Assembly (NCBI GenBank): GCA_951406725.2
Contig: OX597826.1
Span: 57,288,001 to 57,352,000, forward strand
DNA length: 64,000 nucleotides
Origin: Octopus vulgaris
Taxonomy: Eukaryota
Direction of reading: 5' to 3'
The translations under genes were made by a program, and so were the position numbers. Numbering within the stretch: the stretch's first letter is position 1; each line of letters starts with the position of its first letter. The notes below the pieces were generated by a model. It searched no databases, had not been told where the DNA came from, and saw only the letters and a list, made by a program, of their open reading frames with translations. This document shows, one piece after another, positions 25,522 through 38,178 of this stretch.

Positions 25522-25920
25522 TATCTTTCATCTTTTACTTGTTCAGTCATTAGACAGTGGCAATGCTGAAGTACCACCTTGAAGAATTCCTAGTCGGATG
25601 TATCAGTCCCAATACTTATTTTTTTTTTAAAGGCTGGTGTTTATTCTATTGGTCTCTTTTACCAAACGGCTAAGTTATGAGGATGTAAGCACACCAACAC
25701 CGGTTGTAAAGCAGTGGTGAGGGACAAACAGAGACAAAAAGACACACTCAAACACATGCATACATCTATGATGAGCTTCTTTCAGTTTCCATCTACCAAG
25801 GCTTTGGTCAGTCTGAGGCTATAGTGGAAGACACTTGCCCAAGGTACCACGCAGAAGGATTGAACATGGAACCATGTAGTTGGAAAGCAAACTTCTTACC
25901 ACACAACCATGCATGTGCCT
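25522..25920 (-). mobile_element. SINE family A, older diverged copy
   Basis: Collinear with the 20123 copy, with many CpG-decay substitutions. Confidence 0.88.
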
Positions 25921-26313
25921 ATGATAATTGATAATTTTTTCTAACATTGAGAAAAAAAGTCACAAATCTGTAAAGGAATGGTATAAATGATTTACTAAAC
26001 CTCAATATATAACTGATACTTCTCAAGAATTAGAACGTAAAAATGCCCCAGAATGTTACAATTTTGTCTCCTGCTCTGACATTTCAGTTACTTCATTTCT
26101 TTTATAATTACAATAAACCAGTGGGTCTTGTGCCTAAAGTAGAAAAGAAATACAATAGACCAGTGCAGTTGTTTTTGTTGTTTAGTTCCATATCAGACCC
26201 TTGTCTAAGTAGTCTGAGAATCAATAGAGCTCCAGCTTTGATCATTGTATCTTTTTCTCAAACATAGTGTATCTAAGACTACAATATCCAATGTGAACTC
26301 CTCTTTTTAAAAT

Positions 26314-27203
26314 CATCATCATCAGGCGCAGGAGTGGCTGTGTGGTAATTAGCTTGTTTACCAACCACATGGTTCTGGGTTCAGTCCCACTGCGTGGCAC
26401 CTGGGGCAAGTGTCTTCTACTATAGCCTCGAGCCGAGCAAAGCCTTGTGAGTGGATTTGGTAGACGGAAACTGAAAAGAAGCCTGTCGTATATATGTATA
26501 TATATATGTGTGTGTGTGTTTGTGTGTTTGTGTGTCTGTGTTTGTCCCTCTAGCATTGCTTGACAACCGATGCTGGTGTGTTTATGTCCCCGTTACTTAG
26601 CGGTTCGGCAAAAGAGATGGATAGAATAAGTACTGGGCTTACAAAAAGAATAAGTCTTGGGGTTGAGTTGCTCGATTAAAGGCGGTGCTCCAGCATGGCC
26701 ACAGTCAAATGATTGAAACTAGTAAAAGAGTAAAAGAGTATTGTTTGACCGTGGTCGAGACAATGGAATTTACCATGCTACGCCAGACTTCATAGTCCAT
26801 CATAGCATTACAGAAGTCCTGTTGCTGGATGCCTGTATCCCTGGAGATTACATCAGGGTAGGAAAGTGTGCGCCCTCTGGTATTGCGAGTAGATGGCTTC
26901 CAGAGGAGAAGAGTAGAAATTGCCTCGTTTTCAGCTCTACAGCAATGTCCAGCAAACTGGACTCTCCTACCTTTCACAAGAGATGACACAGGTGGTAGTT
27001 TCCCATATATTTGCATTTTGGTTGGATGACGCTTCCACAAGAGATTTTGAGCTCTCATAAGGAGGCGAGTGTAGGTTCCATCTAACTGTCTCTCAAGCTT
27101 CTTTGATAACGTCCAGGTTTCTGAGCCATATAGTAGAATTGGTTCGACTGTGGCTTTGAAGATTTCAAGTTTGAAGTCTCTACTTAGATTTGATGACCAG
27201 ATC
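26314..27203 (-). mobile_element. 5'-truncated RTE-type LINE 3' end with (TGA)n tail, interrupted by a SINE
   Basis: ORF 26705-27250: KIWSSNLSRDFKLEIFKATVEPILLYGSETWTL...RRVQFAGHC...GRTLSYPDVI...VWR. TSD TTTAAAAT at 26306-13 and 27204-11. Confidence 0.9.
26325..26740 (+). mobile_element. SINE family A, young full-length copy
   Basis: GGCGCAGGAGTGGCTGTGTGG head through TAAAAGAGTAAAAGAGTA tail. Confidence 0.95.
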
Positions 27204-27729
27204 TTTAAAATAGAACAATGTGATTTGAGGGAGGTTGGCTGGTATTTCAAGCTGGTTGTGTAAGTTTTTTATGTTTGTGTTGATGTTTGAGTCACGATAG
27301 AACAGACAGTGAAATATATACACCCAGGTAGTGTTGTAAAGTCACAGCAATACAATCATTGGTAACAACCAACACATACAACCAGTACTGCTATATAAGC
27401 AATAGTAATAACCCCAAAGCCAGTTACTGTGGTAAAAAAAACAAAACAATGGTAATAACTAACACATATGAGAATTTTCAGAATGATGAAGAGTTGTAGA
27501 TAATGTTAGTAATTATCTATATTAAAAAGAAAATATTAAAAAAAAAAGTTTAAAATGAAATAGAAAATTGGTGCACTCCCCACCCTAAGCATACATACTT
27601 ATATGCAAAATAAAAAAAATACAAAGAAAAGAAAAATCAAAATAAGTGAAAACACTGAAGATTATGAGGAAATTATTACAACAACCAGCAAAACCAAAAG
27701 AAAAAAACATCTCTAAACAAATAAGGATT

Positions 27730-27798
27730 AAATATGTATGTATGTATGTACGTACATACGTACGTATGTATGTATGTATGTACACACACATACACACA

Positions 27799-27854
<56 letters not shown>

Positions 27855-28266
27855 TATATACACATATATACACACATAGATACATAAATGCATAGACACA
27901 TAAATGCATATATATATATATACTTGTATGTGCATGTGTGCACACATCAGCATATATATATATTTATGTATGTACATACATGTATGTATACAGATGCACA
28001 CACATACACGTGTGTATACATGTATGTGTGTGTTTGTTCGTATACATACAGATATACATACATACATATATACACACACAGATATACATATATACTTGTA
28101 TCTACACACACAAATATACATATACATTGTACATACACATATACACATGTATATATGTGTATATGTGTGTATATACGTGTGTGTGTGAGTATGTATGTGT
28201 ATATATACTTTTATATATGACTACCTGTGTATGAATGTATATATACTTTTATATGTGTATGTGTGT
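27730..28266. repeat. Compound (TATG)/(TA)/(CA) degenerate microsatellite
   Basis: Direct reading. Confidence 0.92.
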
Positions 28267-28636
28267 GAATAAAATGTGTAATAAAAATAAATGACATAAA
28301 AGAAATAAAAACAACAAACATAAAAGATATATCACATAAAAAGAAAAAAAAAAGAATTTGCTGAGATTCCAGCTGAACCAATTATTCTGTTCGGCAGTGG
28401 TCGATATTTCCAGTGAAGATACGATCACGTGAGAAAATAAACGAGCAAAGAACCCTACCCCCACCCCCCTCTCTCACCATCTACCTGACAGTGGTATAAC
28501 TGTTCGCACAGAATTAAATCCTACTTTTTCTCTTCTCTCCTACAATTAGGAGGAAGAGAGGTAAACATTAAAATAAAAAAAAAAAAGATAAAATTAAGAA
28601 ATAATACCAGGAAAGCAAGAAAAACATGTAAAAATT

Positions 28637-29035
<399 letters not shown>

Positions 29036-29101
29036 GTATAAGAGAAGAGCAAATCTGTTGCTTCCAATTCTAACAGTTGAAGATTTGTTCTTCTCTTGCA
29101 G

Positions 29102-29202
29102 GAAAAGCTGAAGATATCTGCAGACTTATTTTTCACCATACTCTATGTAGTTCCACCACATAATGTTCATTTTTAACACGTGTGTTGTGCGCGGGGGTGT
29201 CT
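29102..29202 (+). other. Candidate non-coding or poison exon (101 nt)
   Basis: Branch-like TTCTAAC 29068-74, acceptor TTGTTCTTCTCTTGCAG|G at 29101/29102, donor CT|GTAAGT at 29202/29203. All three frames contain stops. Confidence 0.3.
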
Positions 29203-29635
29203 GTAAGTGTAGATGGATGTAAATATGAATGCATCTGTCTTTGTTCATGTGTTTGAGTAGCAGTTTGAAGATGCGCATTTATGTATGTATACATGTGCAT
29301 GTTAGTACATGTACAGTGCACACTTGCATATATCCACATATATATACATATATATATATGCATCTGCTATGCATTTCTTTAATAATATATCTGTGTGCAT
29401 TTTCAGATATGTGGCTCTTCTATATGTATGCACTTGCAAATATACAGTAATATATTTCGTGTATATGCATGCGCACGAGTGCTTCTGTATATATCAGTGT
29501 GGGTTTGTGTATTTATTTGCATGAGTGAGGGTGTGTGTATACATCAGTATGTGTGCTGGTTGGTGCATTTCTCAGCATGTATATAGGTTCATGAATACTT
29601 GAGTTTGCACTTTAAGTACGTGTGTATACTCTCTC

Positions 29636-29829
29636 TCTCTCTTTTACTCTTTTACTTGTTTCAGTCATTTGACTGCGGCCATGCTGGAGCACCGCCTTTA
29701 GTCGAGCAAATCAACCCCGGGACTTATTCTTTGTAAGCCCAGTACTTATTCTATCGGTCTCTTTTTGCTGAACCGCTAAGTGACGGGGACGTAAACACAC
29801 CAGCATCGGGGACAAACACAGGCACACAG

Positions 29830-29860
<31 letters not shown>

Positions 29861-30032
29861 CATATATACGACGGGCTTCTTTCAGTTTCCGTCTACCAAA
29901 TCCACTCACAAGGCATTGGTCGGCCCGGGGCTATAGCAGAAGACACTTGCCCAAGATGCCACGCAGTGGGACTGAACCTGGAACCATGTGGTTGGTAAAC
30001 AAGCTACTTACCACACAGCCACTCCTGCACCT
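29636..30032 (-). mobile_element. SINE family A, young copy with ~20 bp internal deletion
   Basis: CAGCATCGG is joined directly to GGACAAAC; the TTGTCAAGCAATGCTA segment of sister copies is missing. Confidence 0.95.
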
Positions 30033-30105
30033 ATAAGTGTATATGTGTGAACAAATGTGAGCTTGCATGATGTGTAAGCACATATCCATGAGTGTATGAA
30101 TGTAT

Positions 30106-30520
30106 TCTTTTTTTTTCCTTTTTTAATTGTTTTAGTCATTTGACTGTGGCCAAGCTGGAGCACCACCTTGAAGGGTTTTAGTTGAACAAATCAACCAAAG
30201 GACTTATTTTTTCAAAGCCTAGTACTTATTCTATCAGACTCCTTTGCTGAACCTCTAAGTTATGAGGATGTAAACATACCAATACTGGTTATCATGCAGT
30301 GGTGGAGGGACAAACAGACACAAAGACACACACACACACACACACACAGAGATATATATGTATATATATGCTAGGCTTCTTTCAGTTTCCATCTACCAAA
30401 TCCACTCACAGGGCTTTGATTGGACTAAGGCTATAGTAGAAGACACTTGCTCAATGATCCAAATAAAGGAACTGAACCCAGAACCATGAGGTTCAAAAAC
30501 AAGCTCCATTACCACACAGC
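30106..30520 (-). mobile_element. SINE family A, older copy
   Basis: Collinear and diverged. Confidence 0.88.
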
Positions 30521-30626
30521 ATGTATAATAAATGGGCATCATTGAACAAGTGTCTGTAAAGGGTTTGGCTCACCCTAAAGAAAAATGCAGTGTGTGTGTG
30601 TGTGTGCGTGTGTGTGTGTGTATGTG

Positions 30627-30666
<40 letters not shown>

Positions 30667-31837
30667 GTGAGGTGGGGTACAATATAACAGCTAGCCTTTT
30701 ATGGAATAAAAGGGGTTGGCAAGATTATTCTCTAGACTTAACAGAAGTGTGGACACCCTTCTAATTTCTATCCCCCTTCATCATGATCATCATGATCATC
30801 ATCATTATCACCAACACAAGACTCCTTCCCATCTCTGTTCTTGCTATCTCTCTCCCCACAACCCAACCAATGTATTCCATCACACACATCATTAATTAAG
30901 GATATAGATGGCAATACAATTCCTGACTAATTGCTAACTTTTGTTTACTTGACCTCCACCTTGTCTTCCTTAATCGGCTGTCTGTCTGTGTGCCACAATG
31001 AAGGTTGGTGGTTGCCGTAGTGAAGGAGGAAGAGAGGGAGGAAGATTTGTTTGTTACTCCTGCCTGTATTTCCAGCCACAGTCCGACTTATATCAATTTA
31101 TTTAGCAGGACTAGGAAGGAGGGGGGTTGATAATGATTGTATAATAAATCACAACAAATGATGAAGCATGCTTGTGTCTGTGCATGGATGTGAGTGTGGG
31201 TATGTGTGTGTTTGTACGCATGTGCACGAGCGTCTGATTGTATGTGTATATGGAAATGTGTACATTCTTTGAACGCGTGTGTTTTGTGTGGTTATATTTT
31301 CATGTCCAGATGGGAACGAATCCCTGCTTAAATGTGTTTATCTATTTTATATTTCAAATTATGTGTTCAGATGTATGCATTGTTCTAAAGTCCTGAGTCA
31401 GCACTTGGTGATCAGACTTAAAGTCAAAGGTTCCAACCACGACCATCTTTTTTTTTTTTTGTATATTTAGGACTACATTGTCTAATGAGTCCTTCTCTTT
31501 TTTACTCAGTCAGACAAAAAGGATATTTGACTGATATTTCTAACAGGTTCAGGAACCATGTAGAGGTACCCACATTAATTACATTAATTACATGTTTTTG
31601 TGTATGTGTAGAGGGGCAATAAAACACTGAAAGATCTCACTAAGCTCCTCTTAATAGTTTTTTTATTGAATTTTTTTTTTTTTTTTTGCTGTCACTTAAC
31701 CCTAGCCTGATACTTATTTTATCAATTTCTATTGAATGGTTCCTATTTAGGAGAAAGGAATATGATGCAGTACTCAGTTTTCTTTTCTAAATTTGATGCA
31801 TTAAATTAGATCCATTATATATATAAATATATACATC

Positions 31838-32071
31838 GTGCCGGTGGCACGTAAAAAGCACCATCCGATCGTGGCCGTTTGCCAGCCTCGTCTGGCACGT
31901 AAAAAGCTCCCACTCCACTCATGGAGTGGTTGGCGTTAGGAAGGGCATTAAGCCATAGAAACATTGCCAGATCAGACTGGGCCTGGTGCAGCCTTCTGGC
32001 TTCCAAGACCCCAGTTGAACCGTCCAACCCATGCTAGCATGGAAAGCAGACGCTAAATGATGATGATGATG
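31838..32071 (+). mobile_element. SINE family C 3' fragment with 7 bp TSD
   Basis: TSD ATACATC at 31831-37 and 32072-78; (TGA)n tail. Confidence 0.9.
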
Positions 32072-32292
32072 ATACATCAGTGTAAATTGGAGCATGTGTA
32101 AAAAATATTGTAATCTCACCTGCAAGATTTGAACACATCTGCTGTAGACTGCATAGCTGTGCTAACCACTGCACCAAAGCAATACCACAACTGTCCAAAT
32201 CAGAAGAATTAATCTAAGCAGCTAAAATTACACATACCAGTGGCCTCTCAATGAGAATCTTAAGCTGCCCAGCATCAAGTTATGTGGTTATC

Positions 32293-32380
<88 letters not shown>

Positions 32381-33147
32381 CAGACAGACAGAGAGTGGAG
32401 AAAGAGAAGATGGCACTGCAGGATTCAAATGCTGCATCTATTATAAACTATATACAATGAAGCAGCATGATCTAGTGATCAAGCTGATGGACTTTCAGTC
32501 AACGATTTGACTGTTGAGCCAAGTAGTGCATTGTAAACAGTTTGATCATTTCAGTTTAAACATCTTGAAAATTCAGAGCAGCTCCAGCCTCAAATTACAC
32601 CCCATATTCTATGAAAAGAAGGACACTTTGATAATGTAATTCTAGATACTTTGTTGTAATAAAAGATGGGATGGTCACAACAGAAACATCTACAGCAGGG
32701 TTGATGTTACTACTACTGGTACTATTGTTAGATTTTGTCTTAGTACAAAGTCAATTTCTATTGGAGAATACTACAATCAGTGTAATCAACCTAAGTGCAT
32801 TGCAGGTACTTATTTATTCCTCTAAATAGTTAAATGAGAAAGTAAAAAGATTAATGAATTTGAACTGACCATGTAAATAACTAAAATACGCAAGACTAGT
32901 CTGCTGCTGTTTTTCCCAGCTGCACAATTACAAATAATAATAATAATAATAATAAAGAGTTTTCTAACTTTTGAACAAACAAATTAGGAGAGATGAGTAT
33001 TAAAAAAAAAATTAACTTAAATATGTCACAGATATTTATTTTATGAAATGTAGAAAGATGGAAAGCAAAATCTAGCTAAGTCAACCTCAAAACAAAAGTA
33101 GGAAACTAAATATCTCAAGGCATTTAATACACAATTCTATTGCATTG

Positions 33148-33210
<63 letters not shown>

Positions 33211-33222
33211 TAATAATAATAA
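33148..33222. repeat. (TAA)n microsatellite
   Basis: Direct reading. Confidence 0.95.
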
Positions 33223-33319
33223 TTGATATTATTATATAATTATATACCAGAAATGTACATATTGCTACAGACGGCTGGCTTAATCATGTGCCAGACAAAG
33301 TCTAAGTGAACTTGGTAAA

Positions 33320-33695
33320 CCAAAGATTCTGGTTGACATCCAGACAGAATAATTGAACACTATAGACAAGATATCATGATGTATGACATGAGAAAAAGAA
33401 AAAGAGAAATGCATAATGGACGTTGCAATTCCTTGTGGCAATAACATTGCAGACAAAAGTAAAAAAGAAGAAAAGTTTACAAAATATACGGAATTAAAAA
33501 TAGAACTATCAAGAAAGTGGGAATGCCCAGCAGCAAAAGGGAAAGTCATACCAATTGTTATTTGAATTAGATTCAATATTGAAAAAAAATATCATGCCAT
33601 CAGGAACAAGTGGACATCTGGTCAGACACACAAGTGCTCCCCAAACTCTTCCCTCTCTGGAAAAGATCATATTCTTTGAAAGGTACTTGCTGAGT
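33320..33695 (+). mobile_element. Decayed R4/Dong-type non-LTR retrotransposon, restriction-like endonuclease domain
   Basis: Frameshifted translation KILVDIQT..IIEHYRQDIMMYD / KCIMDVAIPCGNNIADKSKKEEKFTKYTELKIELSRKWE...KVIPIVI matches the IQTD..RPDI..D-VA-P..EK..KY..L..W..VIPIVIG pattern. Confidence 0.8.
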
Positions 33696-36600
33696 CCTTT
33701 TGTTTAAGTTTGGCTGTTAGTTTGAAGTAAAAAGGAACAATATGTTAGATAGAATCTGTACAGTGGAGAAATGATAACAACTTCATAGACAGCAGGCTAC
33801 ACATTTTTTAATAGGTGATTAGAGCCTTGTTGTCATACTTATTTTATTGACCTCACAATGATGAAAGTCTTAGTCTTATTTCAGCAGGATTTGATCTCAG
33901 GAGGTAAAAGGATATTGCTGAATAGGACAAAATAATTTATCCATCAATGTATCATTTCTACTAATCCCCAAATAAATAATGAGAAGAGTGTCACTGAGAT
34001 CCATTTACAGTTACTGTCTTTTAGCATAGTCAATCATATATTTCAATTAAAAGTACACTACCACAAACTTTAATGGAATCAATTTACAAGGGAAATAAAT
34101 CCTATTCTTCCTCATTATCATCATCATTAATAACATTACCAAGAGCTACAAAAAACAAAAAAACAGCTACATAAAAAAATCAAAATTAAATTGAAAATTA
34201 CAAATAAAAAAGAGAGAGTTACTTAATTTACAGCCTCTCACACATTAGCAAATGCACATACACATATAGATTTAAATACATGCTCATACACTTTTCTAGT
34301 TTAACTGAAATACACTCAAACTCTTCACAAATACTACAACAACCAAGAAAAAGAAGGCTGCAATTATATCCTGGTATTTCTTAAACCAGTGCTTACACAC
34401 CTCCACCTCTCACTCCTTGCCCCATTCCCTAGGAAAAAAAAAAAATCGAGTTGGAATCATGAAGAAAGGAAAGCTACTTGCCAACTCTACCTTGCCCACC
34501 CCTTAAAAATCACACAGCTATCATACTCGAATTTTTGTTTTCAAATTATATTTATCAAACTTTTCTTTTACATGTAAAAAGAAAACAAAGGAAGGTTAAC
34601 TGTGCTTGATGTGTCCGTTCTACTCAAAGAAAAAGAGAGAGCAGAAGAGTAATAGCATAAACATAACACAATTACAGAATGATTATAAAAAAAAACCCAT
34701 AAAAACAATGCTTGTATCATATTAAAAAATATATAAAATCAATATTACAAAATTGTACAAAAAAAAAAGACTATGCAAAGTGTGTATGGTCAAGTGCAGC
34801 TGGCATCTTTCAAATGTGCATTGCCATCAAGTGAGGTGTATTATTATAGAAGACAGTATTGCTTAATGACAAAAAAAGTGCTGCAACGCGGTGTTTGTTC
34901 AATTATCTAAAGGAAGTTTTCCCACAGCAACCAATTTGTCCAAAACAAACCTCTCTAGGGTGTGGGATTGGACAGTACACGAGATAAAAGTCACTTCAAC
35001 ATTAACAACAACAATGAAGTTTAAGAAAATTTTTAGTGAAAAAAAAAATTAGAGAAAAATGACAAATTTTTCAAAGAAACTTATGATTCATTGCAACAAC
35101 AACAACAACAACAATAATGATAATAATGATGATGATGATAATAATAATAAATGAGGAGATAAAAAGAGAAACATTGACAAAAAGGTAAAAAGAAAAAAAA
35201 CAGGTGACACTGTTTCTTCAGGTCTTTGATGAGAAGATTAAGGATAGTTAGAAGGTTGAAGGAGATGTCCCTAAAAGTTGCAATCTTAAATTGGCCATGA
35301 TTCCTTATAACCAATAATAGTTGACAATGGAGTAAATCAACAGACATTGCAAAATGGGAAGTGGAAAGAGCAAAACAGAAGAACCAGACAAGAGAGAGAG
35401 CGAGAGAGAGGGGGGGGAGGAAAGAATGAATGAGAGATTATCAATCAACAGAAGAGAATGCAGCAGGTGAAGACAAGGATAAAAGGTTGGAAATCTGTGT
35501 ATGTTTGTGTGTGTGTGTGTGTGTGTGTGCGTACATGCGTGCATGGAAACAAAAGGATGCAAGCAATAACGAGTAAACCTACAATCACCAGAAGGAGATT
35601 CCTGATTGCTACATACTCCTTAGAATTTGATATTTAGTTAATTATGGACTAACAAGGAGAAGATTCGATCCTGGCATTCAAAAACCATCAGACTATTGGA
35701 GGTTGGATACTAGAAAGTCCAATTCTCTAACAGAAATGAGTTAAAACCTCCATCTTTTTTTATCTCTATCTATCAATTTCACCACCAGAAGAAGTGGAGT
35801 GTGACATGTTTAGTGCTTTATGGAGGGAACAGCACAGCAACAGAAATGGGATACAAACTTCACAACTCTTTGGCTGAAAGGACTAACACTTTGTCTATTC
35901 AGCCACTGAAATTGTTCAGGTAATTGTATAAATCAATATTACTACATATATAGATCCCAATATCTTCAACTAAAGCATCATGTAAAAATACAATAAAAAG
36001 AAGGAAATAAAAATGAAATGAAAGAGTCTATAGAAAAGGTATGTGTGAATACAATAATTGGAAGTGTGTTATAGTGTATTAAAGTTCACAGTTGCAGCTA
36101 AGTCTTATATTGTGCTTCGCAACTGTTCTTCCGCCCTCGAAAATGTTCTATATACAACTTCCTTTAAACACCGAGCTCTAAGCAGCCATGTTTAGACACA
36201 ATAAATACATTTGATTGGTAAACATGTAGCCTGAATAAAAACAGAACAATAAAATGAAATGAAATAAATAGCAAAAAGCAGAAAAGAAAAAGAAAAACAT
36301 GGCAAGAAATCTTGCATAATTCTTTGTTCGAATGACAATTCAGTGTGTTTCAGTGAAAATTATTCAGTCTTTAATTCTGAATGATCTATTGAGAAATACG
36401 AATGGTGGTTGACTTTGAAAAGGATGGAGAGAATGATATTGTCGGTAGAGGAGGTTATGTGAGAGTCAAAACCGGAAAGAAAAATCAAGATATATCACAC
36501 ACACACAAACATATATTCTGCGGCAAAGATGTTGAAATAGAGTAGTTTAAGGTGTACAAAAACAGAGAGAAGGAAATAGAAAGACAGAGAAAGATGAGAT

Positions 36601-37948
36601 GAGATAGAAGCATAGAGAATGGAGAGAAAAAAAGAAACTGTTTTGAAATTGTCATATAGTAATCTGTGACCAATATGAAAGATTCCAACAGCCATGTATT
36701 AAGTTTTATCAATCTCAAAAATATACAGTAAAGAATTCTTGTAGAAAATGAGGGGACAAGAAGCAGTGACAATCATCCTTTCTCAAGGACAGTGACACAA
36801 CTAAAACAAAAATTGCGTCAGCTAGGAATCGAAAACCAAGTTTCAAAGGAGTCAGATCATAGAAAACATGTTGCATCATCATCATCATCATCAACATCAT
36901 CATCGTTGACATCATCATCATCATCAACAACAACAACATCTATGTAAAAATACTACATAAAAATACGCGAGCAATTAAATCTGCCGGGAACAGATGGAAC
37001 GGATAGTTTTCTTTCTAATGAAAGGTGAAGAAAGATGAATGAATGAATGAATGTACAAAATAACAAAAAAAAACCCCAAAAAAAACAAATTACAACGGCA
37101 ATTGATTCTTTAAAAAACATTACCATGAAGATATTTCAAGTTCAATTACTGAGACATACCAAGTGAAAAAAAATGATAGTGACAATGATGATGATGATGA
37201 TGATGAACTTACAAGCAAACAGTATGGATTAAGTTAAATTTAGGAGTCACAACAAAATTTATAAAACAACAAAAAATCAGATTGGTCTACAAATCTGAAC
37301 ACTGTCGTATTTGTAAGAAAGACTGGGCGCAAGAAAAGTAATGAAAATTGATTTGGTAATCAAAGCTATCAATAAAGATATGGTTTAAAGCAGAATGAAA
37401 CTATTTCATTAGTTGACAATGGAAACCTGTTTTTGCTGCTGCTGTTTAACCCTAGGTTTAGCTCTGACCAACCAGACCTATGATCAAAGATATTCCAGCT
37501 ATGTCCATCGTATTCCTCTTTTTTTTTTTTTTTCAAAAAACAAAATGATCTGGTTTGTTTTAACGGTGCTTTGCTGCTATATCTAGTAGATTGAAAGACT
37601 AAGGAGAGGCTCTGTTGTTTTTTTTTTAGTTTGGTAATGGGAGATTTTCACAGTAGAAGCAAATGGGAATTTGCAGAAAAGACTTAATCATAAAACTGCA
37701 GTGGACATCATGGGGAGGAGAGAGAAAAGGAAAAACACAGAAAATGTTTGTTGTATTGCGAATCTGTCTAAATCACACTAACATGGAAGAAATGATGTAA
37801 AACTGATAATGATTACGATGGTGGTGATGGTGGTGGGGGCAGTAGCAGTGGAGGTGGAGATTGTATTGGCAGCGTTTGCGACAATGGTGGTTGTGGTGGT
37901 GGTAATTGTGGCAGAGTTGACTGCGACCTTGGTGCTTATGGTGATTGC

Positions 37949-38178
37949 GGTAGTGGTGGCAGTGGTGGTGGAGGTTGTTGTTGTGATGATGGTGGTAGTG
38001 GTGGCAGTGGTGGTGGAGGTTGTTGTTGTGATGATGGTGGTAGTGGTGGCAGTGGTGGTGGAGGTTGTTGTTGTGATGATGGTGGTAGTGGTGGCAGTGG
38101 TGGTGGAGGTTGTTGTTGTGATGATGGTGGTAGTGGTGGCAGTGGTGGTGGAGGTTGTTGTTGTGATGATGGTGGTAG
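37949..38178. repeat. 45 bp minisatellite x ~5 within a cryptic (GGT/GTT/GAT) tract
   Basis: Unit GGTAGTGGTGGCAGTGGTGGTGGAGGTTGTTGTTGTGATGATGGT. Confidence 0.95.

Noticed and set aside
26705-27250. 181 aa host gene
   Set aside because: Truncated RTE-type LINE C-terminus within a TSD; the ORF start and end lie in flanking repeats.
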